From Nitrospirales bacterium (GTDB taxonomy: Bacteria; Nitrospirota; Nitrospiria; Nitrospirales; UBA8639), in NCBI GenBank assembly GCA_965203295.1, contig CBDBCZ010000018.1, positions 1,024,001 to 1,088,000 on the forward strand: a stretch of DNA of 64,000 nucleotides, written 5' to 3'. The notes under the pieces are model-generated. The model was not told where the DNA came from. It saw nothing but the letters and a program-made list of their open reading frames with translations, and did not search any database. The position numbers and the translations under genes are program-made. The stretch's first letter is position 1, and each line of letters starts with the position of its first letter. This document shows positions 1-35,600 of this stretch, piece by piece.

Positions 1-356
1 TGCAGAGCAAGATGTGTGTAAATGATGTACATGTTAGTTCATACACTGCCCAGTGTGTCGGTCAAAATTATTTACATAAGCACATGATTGCACACTGAAA
101 TTGAATTAATGTGTGCATTGATGTTTTAACAGTCAATGGCTGTTCTACTATACAATGTTGATAAATACATCAAAAGAAAGACAGAGAGCTCACTGTGTTT
201 AGTATGGATAGCATATGCACTATCGGTTGCCACTTGCATCAACTATATAGACTATTGGTGCTCAACCTGTTACTGTCTATGGGGTACTTATCCATTATCA
301 TAGTCTTCAGGTGTGGTTATCAATTTAATTACTTATATTATTAGTTGTACTCTTAC

Positions 357-23110
<22,754 letters not shown>

Positions 23111-23389
23111 CTAAAAGAAAGAGAAGAATTGTGATGATATTGTTTTGCTACAAACCCCACAAAACCTTTTCTCCTTATGGACTGGGTGACAGTTCTCCTT
23201 CGTAAATACCACTCCATGCAAAGAATTACTGGCAGACAAACTGTACCGATGAAGGTGTGCCTGAGTGAGCCTCACACTAAGTCTGCCTCATTCACACATG
23301 TGCATGCAAGCTAATACTGACACATGTGCATGCAAGCAAGTGTAGTCAGTATTAGCTTGCATGCTAACATTAACAGTACACAAGGTCTC

Positions 23390-23445
23390 CTTTTGTCACT
23401 AAGGCAGTGAGAAGGCAAGTTGCCAGCAGAGCCACTGCACGACAT
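23390..23445 (-). pseudogene. Dead signal-peptide exon of unit C
   Basis: Versus 41208-41271: 8-nt deletion after ATGTCG (frameshift) and donor GTGACT changed to GAGACC. Confidence 0.8.
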
Positions 23446-24206
23446 CCTACCAGCCACTAATATTGCCCTATCAATAGCTAGTGTTCAATTGCAAATTTAG
23501 AGTGAACACATGCACACAGAAAAGGCAAACTAAATTAAACTTGCCGTTGATTGCTTATAATTATTGAGACATGCTGTTTTGTACATGCAATGAATTCCTT
23601 ATTTGTGCACATGCATGCTGATACCCATGCATGTGGGGGCATTGTTCCTGAATAAACTCATCCATCACCTGATTTTATGGTCTGAGCAAGAATGATTGGG
23701 GCGAACCGCACAGTCCTATATACTGCAAATGCGTTACCGCACCTATTTCAACGGCATGTTCTCAAAATTGTACACAAGCACGTGCGCGTGCATGCACTTA
23801 GTGTCTAGCTAACTGTCTGTGCGAATCAGTAATCTGTACATGTATGTATGAGTGACCTAGCTAGTAGCCATGCATTTTTGAAGTATTCCGGAGCAGCATC
23901 CGTAAGTTCGATTGGTTCCCGAGACTATTCTGAGACTGCCATACAGAGGAAAGCAAGGTTGTATTCCGGAGCAGCACGAAAGAAGAGAGGCTTCGAAAAC
24001 GACGATGCCGGCAGCAATGCAATGGACAGCAATCTACTGTAGCATCTTCAAGCAATATGTACATGTTCCCATGTACAGTCGTAATTTTTTTTTCACAAAA
24101 ATGGAAGTTGGAAGAGAGGGGAGTTAGGTAAATATTATTGCCGAGCGCAGCGAGGCCAATAATCGCGACATACGGGCTCAGAATCTCAGCTAGCGTTTAT
24201 ATATAT

Positions 24207-24805
24207 CTTCTGCGCAAACCAGGAGGTCGCGCAATCCTAGAATTGCGCAATCCTAGAATTGCGCAATGCAAACTAGGAATCCATACTTTGGCGTGCAATC
24301 CCAGGATTGCACAGTTTTTCGCTCAAAGGTGGAATACTTTGCGCAAACCCTGCATTGCGCAAATTCGTTCGTACAAAGTCAGCATTTTGATATGAAGTGC
24401 ATGAGGAGTCAAAGTACAAACAGCAAAGGGATGAACAAAGGGTCATTGACAAGTGCTCTAAAAACAATAAACTACTGACAGTGGTTACAAAACCAATCGC
24501 CAACATGATGTATTAAAACCAACACATTAAATTTGTAATGAAACATTTTTGTCACAGCTATTACTTGTCAAATGATTCTGGCAATCTACAGTTACGGATG
24601 AATGAAACTGATGGCTTGCAAGCCACAGAGACGCTGCATTACTAATCGAGCGTGGCATTTTTATAGCTAGCTTCAGAAGTGTCAATATCACGTGTGCGTA
24701 AAAGTGGAATTGGCTGCGTAATCCTGGGATTGCGCGCCAAAGTATGAATTCCTAGTTTGCATTGCGCAATTCTAGGATTGCGCAAATTCCTGGTTCGCGC
24801 GGAAC
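24207..24805. mobile_element. MITE with ~100-bp imperfect TIRs rich in GCGCAATCCTAGAATT repeats
   Basis: 24208-24315 is the near reverse complement of 24714-24804; ATAT on both flanks. Confidence 0.7.
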
Positions 24806-25606
24806 ATATATGTAAAGTGCAAAAGCAAGTCATGTAGGGATGGACTCTCACCAAAAAACAGTTCCCCAAAAACCAATGAAACAAGTGACAATGCACATCG
24901 CAATGCATGCACAGACAACCCACACATCACAGCGAGTGCAAGCAGATGCAAGCAGATGCCCTGGAACAGAGATCGTGTACATACAGAACAGACAAACAGG
25001 AACTGATTCGGAAGAATTTATGCATGCACAGTTTTCTTCATTGTCATCACATTTTCTACTGTACGCCACATACTTCGTGAAGGCTCGCCCATTATGCCCT
25101 GCATATCACTAGTAATAAAACTATACATACAATTTAAGCAGCAGTTCTTAATGGGCCACCTTCAGGAATGAAGTTTATACGAGCTTCTCATGTTTCCAGT
25201 TGTTATTTTTGCGATATAGGCTGGCCCCCGTCTCAAATTAGCACACATCCTCAGCACTTGTACACTTGAACACTATACTCACACTTGGCAGTGTGGGTAG
25301 GGCTAGATATATATTAAAGAAGATGAAATGCAGCAGGGTTCTATCTAGGATTTCTTGTTTGGGGAGTAGATCTTGAAAGTGGTAGTGGGCTGAGGGCTGC
25401 AGGCATGGTCACAGTTTTCTAGGGGGTCCAGGGGCATGCCCCCCCCTCCCCCCCTACACACACATGCACAGCATTTTTTTAAAACTCTACTGAGTTGTTC
25501 TGCAGCAATCTGAGAGTTTTCAAGTGCTAGTAGCTGTGTTACTACAGACAGATTTTTATTGTAAGTGATACTGGTCCCTGTTGGCAGGTTGTTATATTTT
25601 GGTTTA

Positions 25607-26363
25607 CAGTGGAACCTCCCATAACGGACCCTCCCACCGGCGGACAACCTCCCTATAAAGGACACCAGCCGTGGCACCAATTGAAATTACTATAGTGCTA
25701 ATGCATAAGAAACCTCCCACGAGCGGACGCTTCTTGATTCCGGACAGCGGACAAACTGCATGCTCCCGACTGCAGAAGTCCGTTGAAAACTGCCTCTTAT
25801 AACGGACAATTTGGAAGCCACACCCATCGCTCGTGCATAAACGTGTATAAAGACCGGAAGTTACTCTCGTACTCGTAGTCTAGATGGCAGATTCACTCAA
25901 TTTATCCCGCCTGAAAACTGACTCACAGCGATAGTCGAGATACTGAACGCGCATATTCCCAGTAGCTCTTGTTTCTGAGATCGCTGTATAACATGCCAAT
26001 CCAGTCGCCTACGCAAGTTGGGCAAAAACGGGCATAAACGGAACGTGACACGGATAAACAGCTGGAGCACGTGATCTGTGACGACACGTGAAAACTCTAT
26101 TTCGAGTCCATACCCATAAGCGGTGTAGAGATGCTTACACAGTTCAAACCATTCTGGACAGTTATTTTGGACATTACTGACGTTGTGGCACTCTATTTGT
26201 TATAACACTCAATGTTAATGCTTGAATACATGTCTGGTAGGCATTTGAGTGCTTAATGTGGCTAAAAATAGCAAATTGAGTCGAACCTCCCACCAGAGGA
26301 CAACCTCCGAATAAAGGACAGAAGCCTTGCTCCCAAAGTGTCCTTTATTCGGAGGTTCCACTG
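25607..26363. mobile_element. Tc1/mariner-pogo-type MITE
   Basis: TA|CAGTGGAACCTCC...GGAGGTTCCACTG|TA; inverted second copy at 62037-62903. Confidence 0.88.
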
Positions 26364-26473
26364 TAGTCTTTTTTTTTGGGGGGGGGGGGGGAATGTTTCG
26401 GTGAAAGTTTTATTATGATTCTTAGAAGCAGGTACATGTAGCCATTCTATACTTTCATTTATACAGTACTTAC

Positions 26474-26656
26474 GCCTGCAGGATGGTGGATTTGGTGAAA
26501 ATGCTGCAGAGTTCGCATTCACTTGTGTGCATGTTGTGGTCACGCCTCCAATCAACTCCAGTCCCAAATTACAGGTGTAGGTAGCAGTGTCACCAACAGA
26601 GGTGCCAGTGAATGTCACCCTGCCATTGATAATGGCAGCCGGATCAGGACACAATG
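26474..26656 (-). CDS. Sushi/CCP domain exon (183 nt)
   Basis: LCPDPAAIINGRVTFTGTSVGDTATYTCNLGLELIGGVTTTCTQVNANSAAFSPNPPSCR: four Cys, CCP pattern. Confidence 0.85.
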
Positions 26657-29600
26657 CTACAAAAAAGATTAATGAAAATAATTCACAGTAAACAAGCACA
26701 TGGCATACAGCAAGGTAGAACCTGCATGCTCACATATAATACTATTGGATAGGCAGCCAGTGATCACATATCGCTTGCATGATTGATATTGGTCAAGTTT
26801 GTGCAGCATTTTGGGCGAGTTAGAGGGGCAGGCCATGACAAATAGAATATCCACTGATATTGGATGGCCCCCAGATATAAATTTATTGTACAGCCATGAT
26901 TATAAATGATCAGTTCAGCATGCCGTCGATCCGGTATATCAGTGGTTACTACATGTTTTGCCTTACAGGAACTACTACACAAATATATAGTGCTACTCTG
27001 AATATACAATACAAAGTAGCTGATCGGTGTGCATGGGAATGATAGTGTATGCACTTGTTTCTAAGAATGTGGCTCTTCAATATGTAGCCAGTTTGTACAT
27101 GTACCCAGGTGCACTAAAACTCGCCTGCATAGGCACAAGGCTCTCTTCAGTATAAAGCACATGCTAACATGATTGATATTATAATATAATACATAATCAT
27201 TCCTATTTCCACAAAGTAGCTACTCACGCCTGCAAGATGGTAGGACTGATGAAAATTCTACATTGTTATCATCCACTTGTGTGCATGTGATGGTTGCAGT
27301 TCCGATTAGCTCAAAGCCCGGGTCACAGGTGTAGGTAGTAGTGTCACCAACAGAGTTGCCAGTGAATGTCCTAATACCATTGACAATGGCAGCCGGATCA
27401 CGACACAATACTAATGCTGCAGAGCGAGATGGAGGTAAATAATGTACATAATAGTTCATACACTGCCCAGTGTATTGAACAAAGTCACTTTTATAAGCAC
27501 GTGACTCCACACTGAGATTGAAGAAATGTGTATGTTCATACATTAACAGTCAATGGCTGTGTGACGGACCTATTTACGTATTGTGATTTGCACAACAGAA
27601 AAGGCATGTAGCTGATCCAAAAGTTATTCAGGCAATGTACTCACGCATGTAGGATGGTGGATTAGAACACAATACTGCAGAACAAGGTACATTGGATCTA
27701 TGCACTTCAAGATGAACAACCACTATTGTACATTATCACAGAGTTCACATTAGAAAGCAAAGCCTGCTTTTGAACATGCCGTCTGCTCGTATGTACCAAG
27801 CGAGGCAATCTGGTGATAGATCAATAACTTGTGCTACATGATGTGATTCAACCTTACATCTGAACCAGACAAAGCTGTGCTTATTAGTAAACATAACCAC
27901 TGATTCATGGATGCTAGATTTTTTTTACTCTCTACACCACTCAAGAGTCGTGATTTAAGTCATGCAAAAACTTAAGCCAATAGCAAGGATATCAATATGT
28001 GATCTTTTACCCCCTACTTCACTGCATGCCCACCTTTTACAGCAAGAAATCATTAAACTAGAATAATAATGGACTGTCCATGGTACTCTAACTTAAATAT
28101 TTGTTTCTTAATCGACTACTAAGTGTAATGATTTTAGGGAGGTATATATTCAGGTTACTTACAGAGATTATCTCTTATTACCACAACAGTCAGATCTGGC
28201 TCCAAGAAAAAGTTTCGAGGCAGTCCAGTTGGGTGATTGAAAGGATCTGGAACTACCTGCACAGTGAAACGCTCAGTGTCCTCTAAGAGATCGTCATCAA
28301 TAATAAACACTTCAATGCAAGTCCGATTGATGGTAGCAGTGATGTCAAGCAAGAAAAGATCCTCAACCGTCAGTTCCTGATAGTCTCCAGGGTCTACATG
28401 ATATGAAAAGAGTACGTCTAAAACCAAACGAGACCTGTGATAGTAAGAATAACTAACCTGCAGCAGTGCCACGGATGGTAATTGCAGCAAGGGTGATAGT
28501 AATGTCTTGTGGAAATACATTACCAGTGACACTCAGAGTATGAACACAGATTTCAAGAAATCCCTGCTCTTCATTCACAGAAGTAAATGTTTCTTCCCAC
28601 CCAATTGACACAATTGCTGCAAAAGAGATTCAACATTATTTTATATTACTTATTAACTTACAGCATACCAACTAACCATCATTATCAACAATGATAATCT
28701 GTGTAGTAGCAAAGAGAGCACTGCCATCATCAAGTGGACCACCAATATTGATATTAAACCCAGATTCTTCTAGTGATAGTTCAACTTGAAACAATTCAAG
28801 TAGTTCAACTTCATCATCATCAAGTAGTTCGAAGAAATAGGATAAGCTTTGCTGATCCGGTGAGAACTCGCGGGACTGAATCAGTTGAACAAGTATATCT
28901 CTGTTGAAATCCTGTTGATCAATATTTGCAGCACTTGGACCACCTTCTGTAATTGTGTTGAATCTTATCCCAAATGTTAACTCCGACTGCTGATTGTTCC
29001 CTTTGATGACTGGGATTCCAGTTAATTCACCAGTAGCATTTAATAATTCAGAAACTGTGTAGCTGCTCTGCTCAAATCCAATTATGAGAGCTTTGTAAGA
29101 GAAGATTTAAGCAGCCAATATATCTATAGCCTCGTACCCAACTGCAACAACAACTTCCACTTACAGGAAGAAAGCCTGTGCAGAATGATTTACGACCACA
29201 TGATAGCAACCTCACCCACTTATATATGAAGCAATGTCATACTGTAGTAGCTGTACTAATGTAGAGTAAAAGTGCTTATACCATATTACATCATCAACAA
29301 TAAAAATGATTGGCTAAAAGTATGGGTTACATAGCTTCATAACCCACACTTTTTATCAGTTCGCTACGTTGCTACGCAGCGAAGATTGTACGCATGCGCA
29401 ACGTGGTATAAGTGAGATAGACCACACACACTCGTGTGTTATGCGCTATAACCCACTTGTTTGCATTTATCCCTCGGCTTCGCCTCGGGATAACCGCAAA
29501 CTCGTGGGTTACATAGGCGCATAACCCACTCTTTGGTGTAGTCTATCCTATACTTAGTTCTTGCACTACTGTGTTCCTCTACAATATTTTTACCAGCCTG

Positions 29601-32600
29601 AGCGCGCGCAGCGCGCGAACGGCTGGTCCTAAGATTGCTTTACGTTTTCCGCGTCTGTTTGTTTGTTTGTTTGTGCGTACACGTGGGCAGTATATTACGT
29701 CATACGTTACTATGCAACTGCAATATATGGCAGTGTTTGGAGATTTGCAGGTCAAGCAGCAAACAAATGAAGGTAGTTGTGTGTTGTCTAGATGGCGCAA
29801 ACTTGGTTGGCAGCCATAAAGCTCCTCTTTTCGTGGCGTATAGCTACTAACTGGAAGCGCACGACGAAACTGCTGAGGCAGCACTTTCGCTGTATTGCAT
29901 TCGGTTGCTTATCAGTTTCTAATTCTGCATAGATACTATAATTTGTACTTCTACAGCTGCAATTAGCTTGGCCTGAGCTGAGTTGTGTGTATTGTACAGG
30001 AAAGGCGCCCGGCTGTAGTCTCGCGGGGCCATGCAGACTCCAGACGGGAAGTTAGAATCTGGTCAACTGCCCATATAGCTACGACTCGTTGTAGCACCCA
30101 CCAGACTTCGGTGGGTGACAATTAGGTGTTGTACCGCAACGTTTACATTATATAAGCGTCTAGGGTTACGGGATACTGACCCGCTGCTTTGATTTAATAG
30201 TGTAGTGAGTGAACGATGAATATCTTTGCAACTATACGCCCTATAGCCACGATCTTTTCAGCATTTATTCATGGATACTAGTTGTGTAATCAGTACAGAA
30301 AGCTTGTCTGTGAGCCCCTCCCTTGTTTAGATAGCATTAGTGGCAGTTTCAGCTGTTCGCAATAATTTTTCTCGCCAAAAATCGCTGAAGCCACTGCTGT
30401 TGCTAGGCCACTACAGCTCTCTAAGGATTCTTTTTAGATATGAAAATTATGTCAGACTTGTTTTAGATACTACATATGTCAACTACAAAGATAAAGTTGG
30501 AAAAGGGGGGCATATATAATGTTTGTCTTGAAGGAGGGGTCATAGAGGGATGAAACTCATGATACCATGGCCATAATATTATAGCTAAGGAAGCTGTCAC
30601 TTCACCTTTGCTTTGCTCCCCTTTCAGCAGTGCTTGTAGCAACTCTCTTGTATAGCTACATGTAACTGTGAGTCAGAATGGCATGCTGTGCAAAATCCAT
30701 TGCACTGATCACTGTTTATCCGGCCCCCTGACCACCTTTATCAATTTCAGTTCCCAACTTCAAGCTAGCTTTGGGCTTTTCTTCCTGTTAGTATTTTTAA
30801 AAAAGCTGGGAAAGCTGGGAAAAATATTTATATCACCTAGATTATATAGCTATACACCTTCTTTCCATTACCTTAATGGACAAGTGCATCTGCATGTAAT
30901 TAGGTAACTCTTCTATCTCAAAGCATTAGATACAGCTCTTTATTATATTACTGCTTGACATGATAATATATCACTCCTCTTGTCCTGATACGTAATGCAT
31001 GCTCTAGCTACACGAATTCTTCTCTGTACTCTCATACAAAGCAAACAGTACCCCATTCCCACACTTACGATCATCATCAATGATTCTTCCCAGAGTGGCA
31101 AAACGTCCTGTTAGATCAACCCTATCTGGATTCACGACCTCTAGAAATATAACAAATAATTGTTCCACCTCATTGATATCATCATCCACTATTCCAATAT
31201 TGACTCTCTGAACAGCTGTATTTCCAGCTGGGAATGTGATTAAAATTCTGGTGTTGCTGAAGTCTTGAACACCTGATGAAACAAGAGTTGATTAATATCT
31301 GTATGCATGCTTCTTACATTTATATGCCTCTACTTACTCGTGGCATTGATTGGTCGCCTGGGATCGTAATTTGCAACAGATGGAATTACATCGAGGATGG
31401 GTGACTGTGAGTCATTCAAAAAAGTATAGTCCACTGGAGTAGCCGCAACAGTCAGGTCAGTGGCTATGTTAGTAAGCAGCTGCACTAATGGACGTATAAA
31501 CCCCATTCCTTCGACAGTTGCGTAGTCTGGCTCAACAAACTGGAGAACAGCAGCTGGAGATAGAGAGTTTGAAGCCCACATAACATATAATATGTGTGCA
31601 GATGTACGTGTAAAATTAGTTGCCACATGGCTGGTGGCCACTATCACCTACATGTACATACGTATCATTACGCACTTGGCTTGGCAGTAATGCAAACACC
31701 AGTTACTTATGAAAACTAGTATAGAAAATACATCGTGACAAAGTCAACGATAACCTGTTTATAAACCCAAACCACAAACAGAGTTACTCATGCTGGCCCT
31801 GTGCCAAACTTGGTGAGACCTCATTAGATCACACAGATGCCTCAGTTTTCTAGGTGCTGCTAGGAATCATAACTACCAACTTTTGATTATACTTGTATTT
31901 ACACCCTAGTGGAGGTTATTGGACATTTTGCTAGAAATCACACTCACAAATGTGAAAACAGATAGACAGTCAGAGAAGCAATACTACATCACAGTCTAGC
32001 ATAAGACGTCGAATTTATTAGCTTCGTTCTCAGTCCTTCTTACCCCAGCTTTTATCTCGCAGCCGTGGAGAAAAAGTGAGGGGGAAGGCCTGGTACCACT
32101 TATCACATGCGAAGTCCATCTACGAAGAAAAGGACCTTTTTCTCCGGCTCCCAACTAGCTTTGATAAGTAATTGTGCTATAACGTTTTACCCTTCGGGTT
32201 TGTTGTGAAGCTTGGCAGGCTTAGCTACTAACATGCAGTAGTACTAACAGGCTAGGCACGAGCAAGTTGAACAGGAAGCTTCAATGTCGCTGTACAGCTA
32301 TAGTAGATATTCCGCGTGGACAACGTCGTTGTTCACATCATAGACAATAGAGTTCACATCCACTAATTGTGACGACGTCACTTGATACACGCCCACTGAA
32401 ATCCACGTGGACTTCGTGCACTAATTACGCGCATGTGCGAGTAGTGGATACCTTTTTAAGTACAGTGCCAAGTGATAGGAAAAAAACTTTTAATGTAATA
32501 TAATTAATTAATTAATTAATGTAATATCCTGCCTTTCTCTTACCTTCTCCAAACCATTTGATTGCAGCACAGGGAAGATAACCAAAATTCAGTGACTTCC

Positions 32601-35600
32601 AGCCTTCCACTTTTTCATTTTTCTGCTCTGACAGGCTGATCTTGGGCTATTACTCCTTCGGCGCAGAGGAGGTTGGACACGGTCATGTGACATACGCGCG
32701 TACGCGATTATCTATGGAGATTTCTGTTTAAAAAGCGCTAAAAAGTTTTCTCGTTATTCTTTAAGCGTATCCCCAAGGAATAGACATCTTTCGAAAGCTC
32801 TTCCGAAGTAGATTCAGAATATCTTGCCAACCCCGTTCAACCCCTGGGTAATTGCAGAGCTACGGTCGTTTTAAATATCTCAAGGCGAGACTACATACTG
32901 GATTCTATCTAGTAACGGAAAGATGCTGCCAGTATTGGCCCGTTCCAGCCATCTTACAGCAATCTACAGGCTATTGCAGCTTTATAACGAGCTATGCTTA
33001 CCTTCTCAGTGAGCTAATTGCATGCTGGAATGCACCGTGGAATGTAATAAAGTGCAGCAAAAGGCACGTGACAGCGCACGTTAATGAATGCGTGTCCAAC
33101 CTCCTCTGACGTAATCTACAGTACTGAGCTACACGTGACTTTAATGAGACCTGATCAGTAAAGGTCAACCTTGACCGACCTCCTCTGGTTCGCGACCGTC
33201 GCCATTTTGACTTTAATCAGAGTTTTTAGTTTTTAGTTTCCGGCGGTGAATGTATTTGTGGCAGGCAGCATAATATCAGGAGCGCATCGAGCCGGGTAGT
33301 CGTAATGGCATATGCGCATGTGCACACCCACGCGGAAGTGTGAACTTTGAACTCAAAGTTTGGGGGTCCAGATGTTCGATTTTCGTCCCTTTTTACCCCT
33401 AATCTGCCAGAATAGCCATCGTTTGCATTCCAAACCACTTGAATCATTCTACACAGTAGTTGACATGGAAAGCAAGGTCTGGTACGAGTTTCGAGGTTCT
33501 CAGAGACTTTGCACCGGTTTGCTCAGAAAATGGTAGGCTGAAAATGGCAAGTACAAGAGCTCCAGGAAAGATCTTCTCGATAAAAGAGTCTAAGAACCAG
33601 TGCATTATTTTCGCCGTAGAGTTATATCAGAAGCGCTCCTAGTTTCTTGGGTAAGCGGCCTTATCCGTGTTTCTCAGTTTTCAGCCTCTGAAATTCAATG
33701 GCCTGTATCTCAGCCATTCCGTGGTCGATCGACACCGGACTTGATTTTTCATTCGATTCAACTTGTCCTTGTTGATGCTGCCCTAAAATCTAATTGCTGG
33801 CAAGGTTTGCACCACTTTGCTCAGAAAATGGAAAAAATCCACTTTTTTTATAGGCAACCGCTTTTTGCTAGTAGGGCCCCGAAAAAGGCTGAGTTCACGC
33901 TAATGCTGGGTACCATCAGAACCAGCAAAGGTTGAACTTTCATGCAATATGCGGATCGTATATAGATACGCATTCTTCTCCGAGATATGAACGCAAACGC
34001 GAAGTTTCATTTTGGGCCTTCCCGCCAGAAACTGGCCCATATAAATTACGTTTAGTACATGTATAATAATAAATACACAAACGTGGCGTATTTTTCTAGA
34101 CTGATCATGTTACAATTTAGCATTATGGTGGTGGATCCCAGAATGTTAAGCTACTGAGCGAGAACACTCTATATAACTACACTTGGAATTCCAACAAGTC
34201 AGAATACAGTACTTACCTTATCCTGTACTGTATTCTGACTTGTAAGATACTCCAGATAAAGGGTATAACCATACTTACACTGTTAAAAATGAGGTGTTGC
34301 AGAACACCCTTTAGGCGGTGTAATAATGACAAAAGGTGTTGGTTAGGCATCCCAGGGTGTTGCAGAGACACCTGATTAACCTTCAACACCCTTAGAGTGT
34401 TAGGGAACATTCTAGGCAAAAGGGACTTTGAATGAATCTTGGTCCCATTTGTATACTAAAGCAGTACCTGAGGCAAGATATGCTGACAATATGCCATTTG
34501 TTAAAATTCTCATTAGATGCATATCATCATGCCTAACGGAATAATGCTTTAGGTATACCATGCCAGTACTGAAATGTGAGATATTCAAGGCAAACCATAC
34601 CATATGATTACAACTAGATCCAATAGTCAGAAAATAGCACTGATCATTATTTCCCCTGAAGAACTCATGTTGACGAGTGAACAAATACTGGTGTCGTCCA
34701 TTTGTCCTTATTATTCAAGGGAAACAATCTAGGCCCTTTAGACCACTGGTTCACAAGGAGACTCCTTACTTATGTTTTCAACCCCAGCCCAATAGTTAGG
34801 AGATATGCAGGTGTATTTTGGGGATTGAACGGTGTTAGTATGTGGCTTTCAAGCATTAGAATACCAACATAAGACTTACTCACTAATCATAATTACAACT
34901 ACTGGCCTTGTGTAGCTAAAATGTGAGATATGCTTGGCAATCCATACCAGTGTGATTCTAACTAGGACCAATAGTCAGAAAATAGCACTGATCATTATTT
35001 CCATTGAAGAACTCATGTTGACGAGCGGGCGAATATTAGTTTCATCCATTTGTCCTTGTTATTCAAGGAAAACAATCTAGGCCCTTTAGACCACTAGGTT
35101 CACAAGGAGACTCCTTCACTTATGTTTTCAACCCTATCCCAATATTTAGGAGACATGCAGGTGTTTTTTGGGGATTGAAGGTGTTAGTAGGTGTGGCTTT
35201 CAAGCACTGGAATACCGACATAAGACTTACTCACTAATCATAATTACAACTACTGGCTGTGTTCACCAACTCTCACCCACAACCATCACTACAACACCAT
35301 TCAGGGGAGGGTTGAACTACTTCTCCTGTTTGGAGGTAGGACTAGTGAACTAGTTTTGAGTTCACTTCCACCTATCAGTGGGGTGTTACCTTCTATAAGC
35401 TAACGAAATCGTACCGAAAAGGAGTTATTTACTGTTCACCAACTCTCACCCACAACCATCAATACAACAGCATTCAGGGGAGGGTTGAACTACTTCTCCT
35501 GTTTATTGGGATGGAGGCAGGACTAGTGAACTGGTTTTGAGTTCACTTCCACCTATCAGGGGGGTGTGGCCTTCTATAAGCTAACGAAATCGTACCGAAA

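Noticed and set aside
194..242. Possible small minus-strand exon with GTGAGC donor
   Set aside because: 49 nt would break the phase-1 frame and has no domain similarity
24134..25113. Possible Helitron/Helentron ending in CACTAGT
   Set aside because: No clear 5' end, empty site or second copy in the window
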